The notes beneath the pieces are model-generated. The model ran no database searches. It was not told the DNA's origin and was given only the letters and a program-made list of their open reading frames with translations. A stretch of 64,000 nucleotides of DNA, taken from assembly GCA_973895155.1 (NCBI GenBank), contig OZ316898.1, positions 8,791,079 through 8,855,078 of the forward strand, given 5' to 3'. Both the position numbers and the translations under genes were made by a program. The DNA is from Marsupella aquatica (taxonomy: Eukaryota; Plantae; Marchantiophyta). Of this stretch, positions 62,694 through 64,000 are shown one piece after another (the stretch's first letter is position 1; every line of letters begins with the position of its first letter).

Positions 62694-64000
62694 TTAGCTA
62701 ACCATCTAATTGGGGTGTAGTATCTAGCTCTTGGCCAGGATATTGTAACACGGGCCAAAAGTTTTCGGGTTCAATCTCCACCATCATTTTCAAGGCAGAA
62801 TAAAAAGAGTTCACTTGGTGAGGCCCCACTTGAAATGACTTGGTGAGACCATTGTATCACTCCAGTTCTTTTCAATTTGATAGAACTCCTCACCTAGTCC
62901 AATTCAAAATCACATGCAATAAAGAATATGGTGTTTAATTCATTCAAGGAAAACTTCAGGGTTCCATCATGCTAGAAAGAATGTTGAAGCAAACGAAAGT
63001 TAGCTCCTAAGCGACAATGATCAAACAAAAGATTTGAAAAAGTAGGACAAGCAGACTCTTCAGATGAGACCAAGAGCTAGCCATTTACATAACCTTGCTA
63101 CAAACGCAAGTAAACGTCAACAATGGCACTGAAGAACTTGGCAGATAGCACTATTAGAGGTGTTTTAGTTTCCAATTAAAACCATCAGATCAAATGTCTT
63201 TATCAAAGAGCCGTATCCTCATCCAAAAAGGGATCCTTCTTGTTTGCAGACTCTCTTTGTTTACTCTCTTGTCCTTACCCAAAGTAGTGGTGTGTCAGTT
63301 TTTAATCAAATTTCTTCAAATACTACATGGGAATTAAATAACCTTACCAAGCCAGCTCCATGGAGCCTCATTTGTTAGCATTTACCCCAATGATAGCCTT
63401 CCTTCTAAATCCAAAGAACTTAACATTTACAATCACTTCCAAGAACTTTAAGAGGTCAGGTAATTATCTATGTTGCAAATGGGTTTTTCTCAATGCTTCT
63501 ACAACACCTCTGAAACTGTTAAACTCTTTTCTATGCATGGTTAGTACACCCGTTTGATGTGGCCCTTTGCAGGAGGCCTATGTCGCATTCATAGTGCCGT
63601 GGTGGAAACAAACCACTGAGGTCTCAACTGGCCATGTCAAGACTGGGTATCTTCCTCATCATCTATGCAACCCTGAATTCCTGGACGCGGTACTCCAAGT
63701 ATACCTGTGGTCAAACTCACAAGTAGATTTGACATGCTCTGATGGGAGAGAGGGGCAATAAAAGGGGTCACATTGATTGATGTGAGAGGCCCAACTTGGT
63801 GTTTGACTTGTATCACAATTTGTTTTTATGTTTATTGAGAATATTTATAGTCAATTTCCTATGTTCGATATCTCTTGTGTCACACCAGGGCAATCATAAT
63901 GACCTGAAAGATTGGATATACAATCACATGGATGTGAAAGGTAAATACATATGGATTTCAATACTCCAAACTCTTAGTAATTTCCGATATAAAGATATAT

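Noticed and set aside
62700-62785. tRNA/SINE-like B-box (GGGTTCAATCTCC; similar at ~2613)
   Set aside because: No cloverleaf, clear A-box, tail or TSD.

Overview
Land-plant genomic DNA with spliceosomal introns. It is probably from a seed-free plant such as a bryophyte or lycophyte, inferred from a PARP3 with a C-Y-E triad. Host genes: the 3' end of a VID27/CYPRO4(DEM)-like gene (to 893, +); a 16-exon PARP3-type gene (28089-34279, +, about 883 aa); and a convergent 20-exon bacterial-type PEP carboxylase (PPC4/BTPC, 45457-37165, -, about 1076 aa) with a probable GC-AG intron. Region 9827-23242 is a decayed Ty1/copia LTR retrotransposon. A young, intact relative (10786-17352, perfect CCGGT TSD) has inserted into its 5' leader. 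The most striking feature is that in both copies gag and pol lie in the same frame, separated by a single conserved UGA, with no in-frame AUG before the protease active site. Pol expression therefore appears to need stop-codon readthrough or an unusual splice, which is atypical for plant copia elements. The same elements show a D-C-A protease motif, an overlapping +1 ORF across the junction, and a swapped U3 carrying an 18-bp MYB/ACGT motif array. The rest is a mosaic of small TEs: TIR MITEs, a PIF/Harbinger MITE, two Helitron-like minisatellite carriers, a retroposed tail with a 16-bp TSD and a solo-LTR relic. There are also local tandem duplications and a pair of unexplained coding fragments with synonymous divergence. 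All alignments and counts were done by eye.
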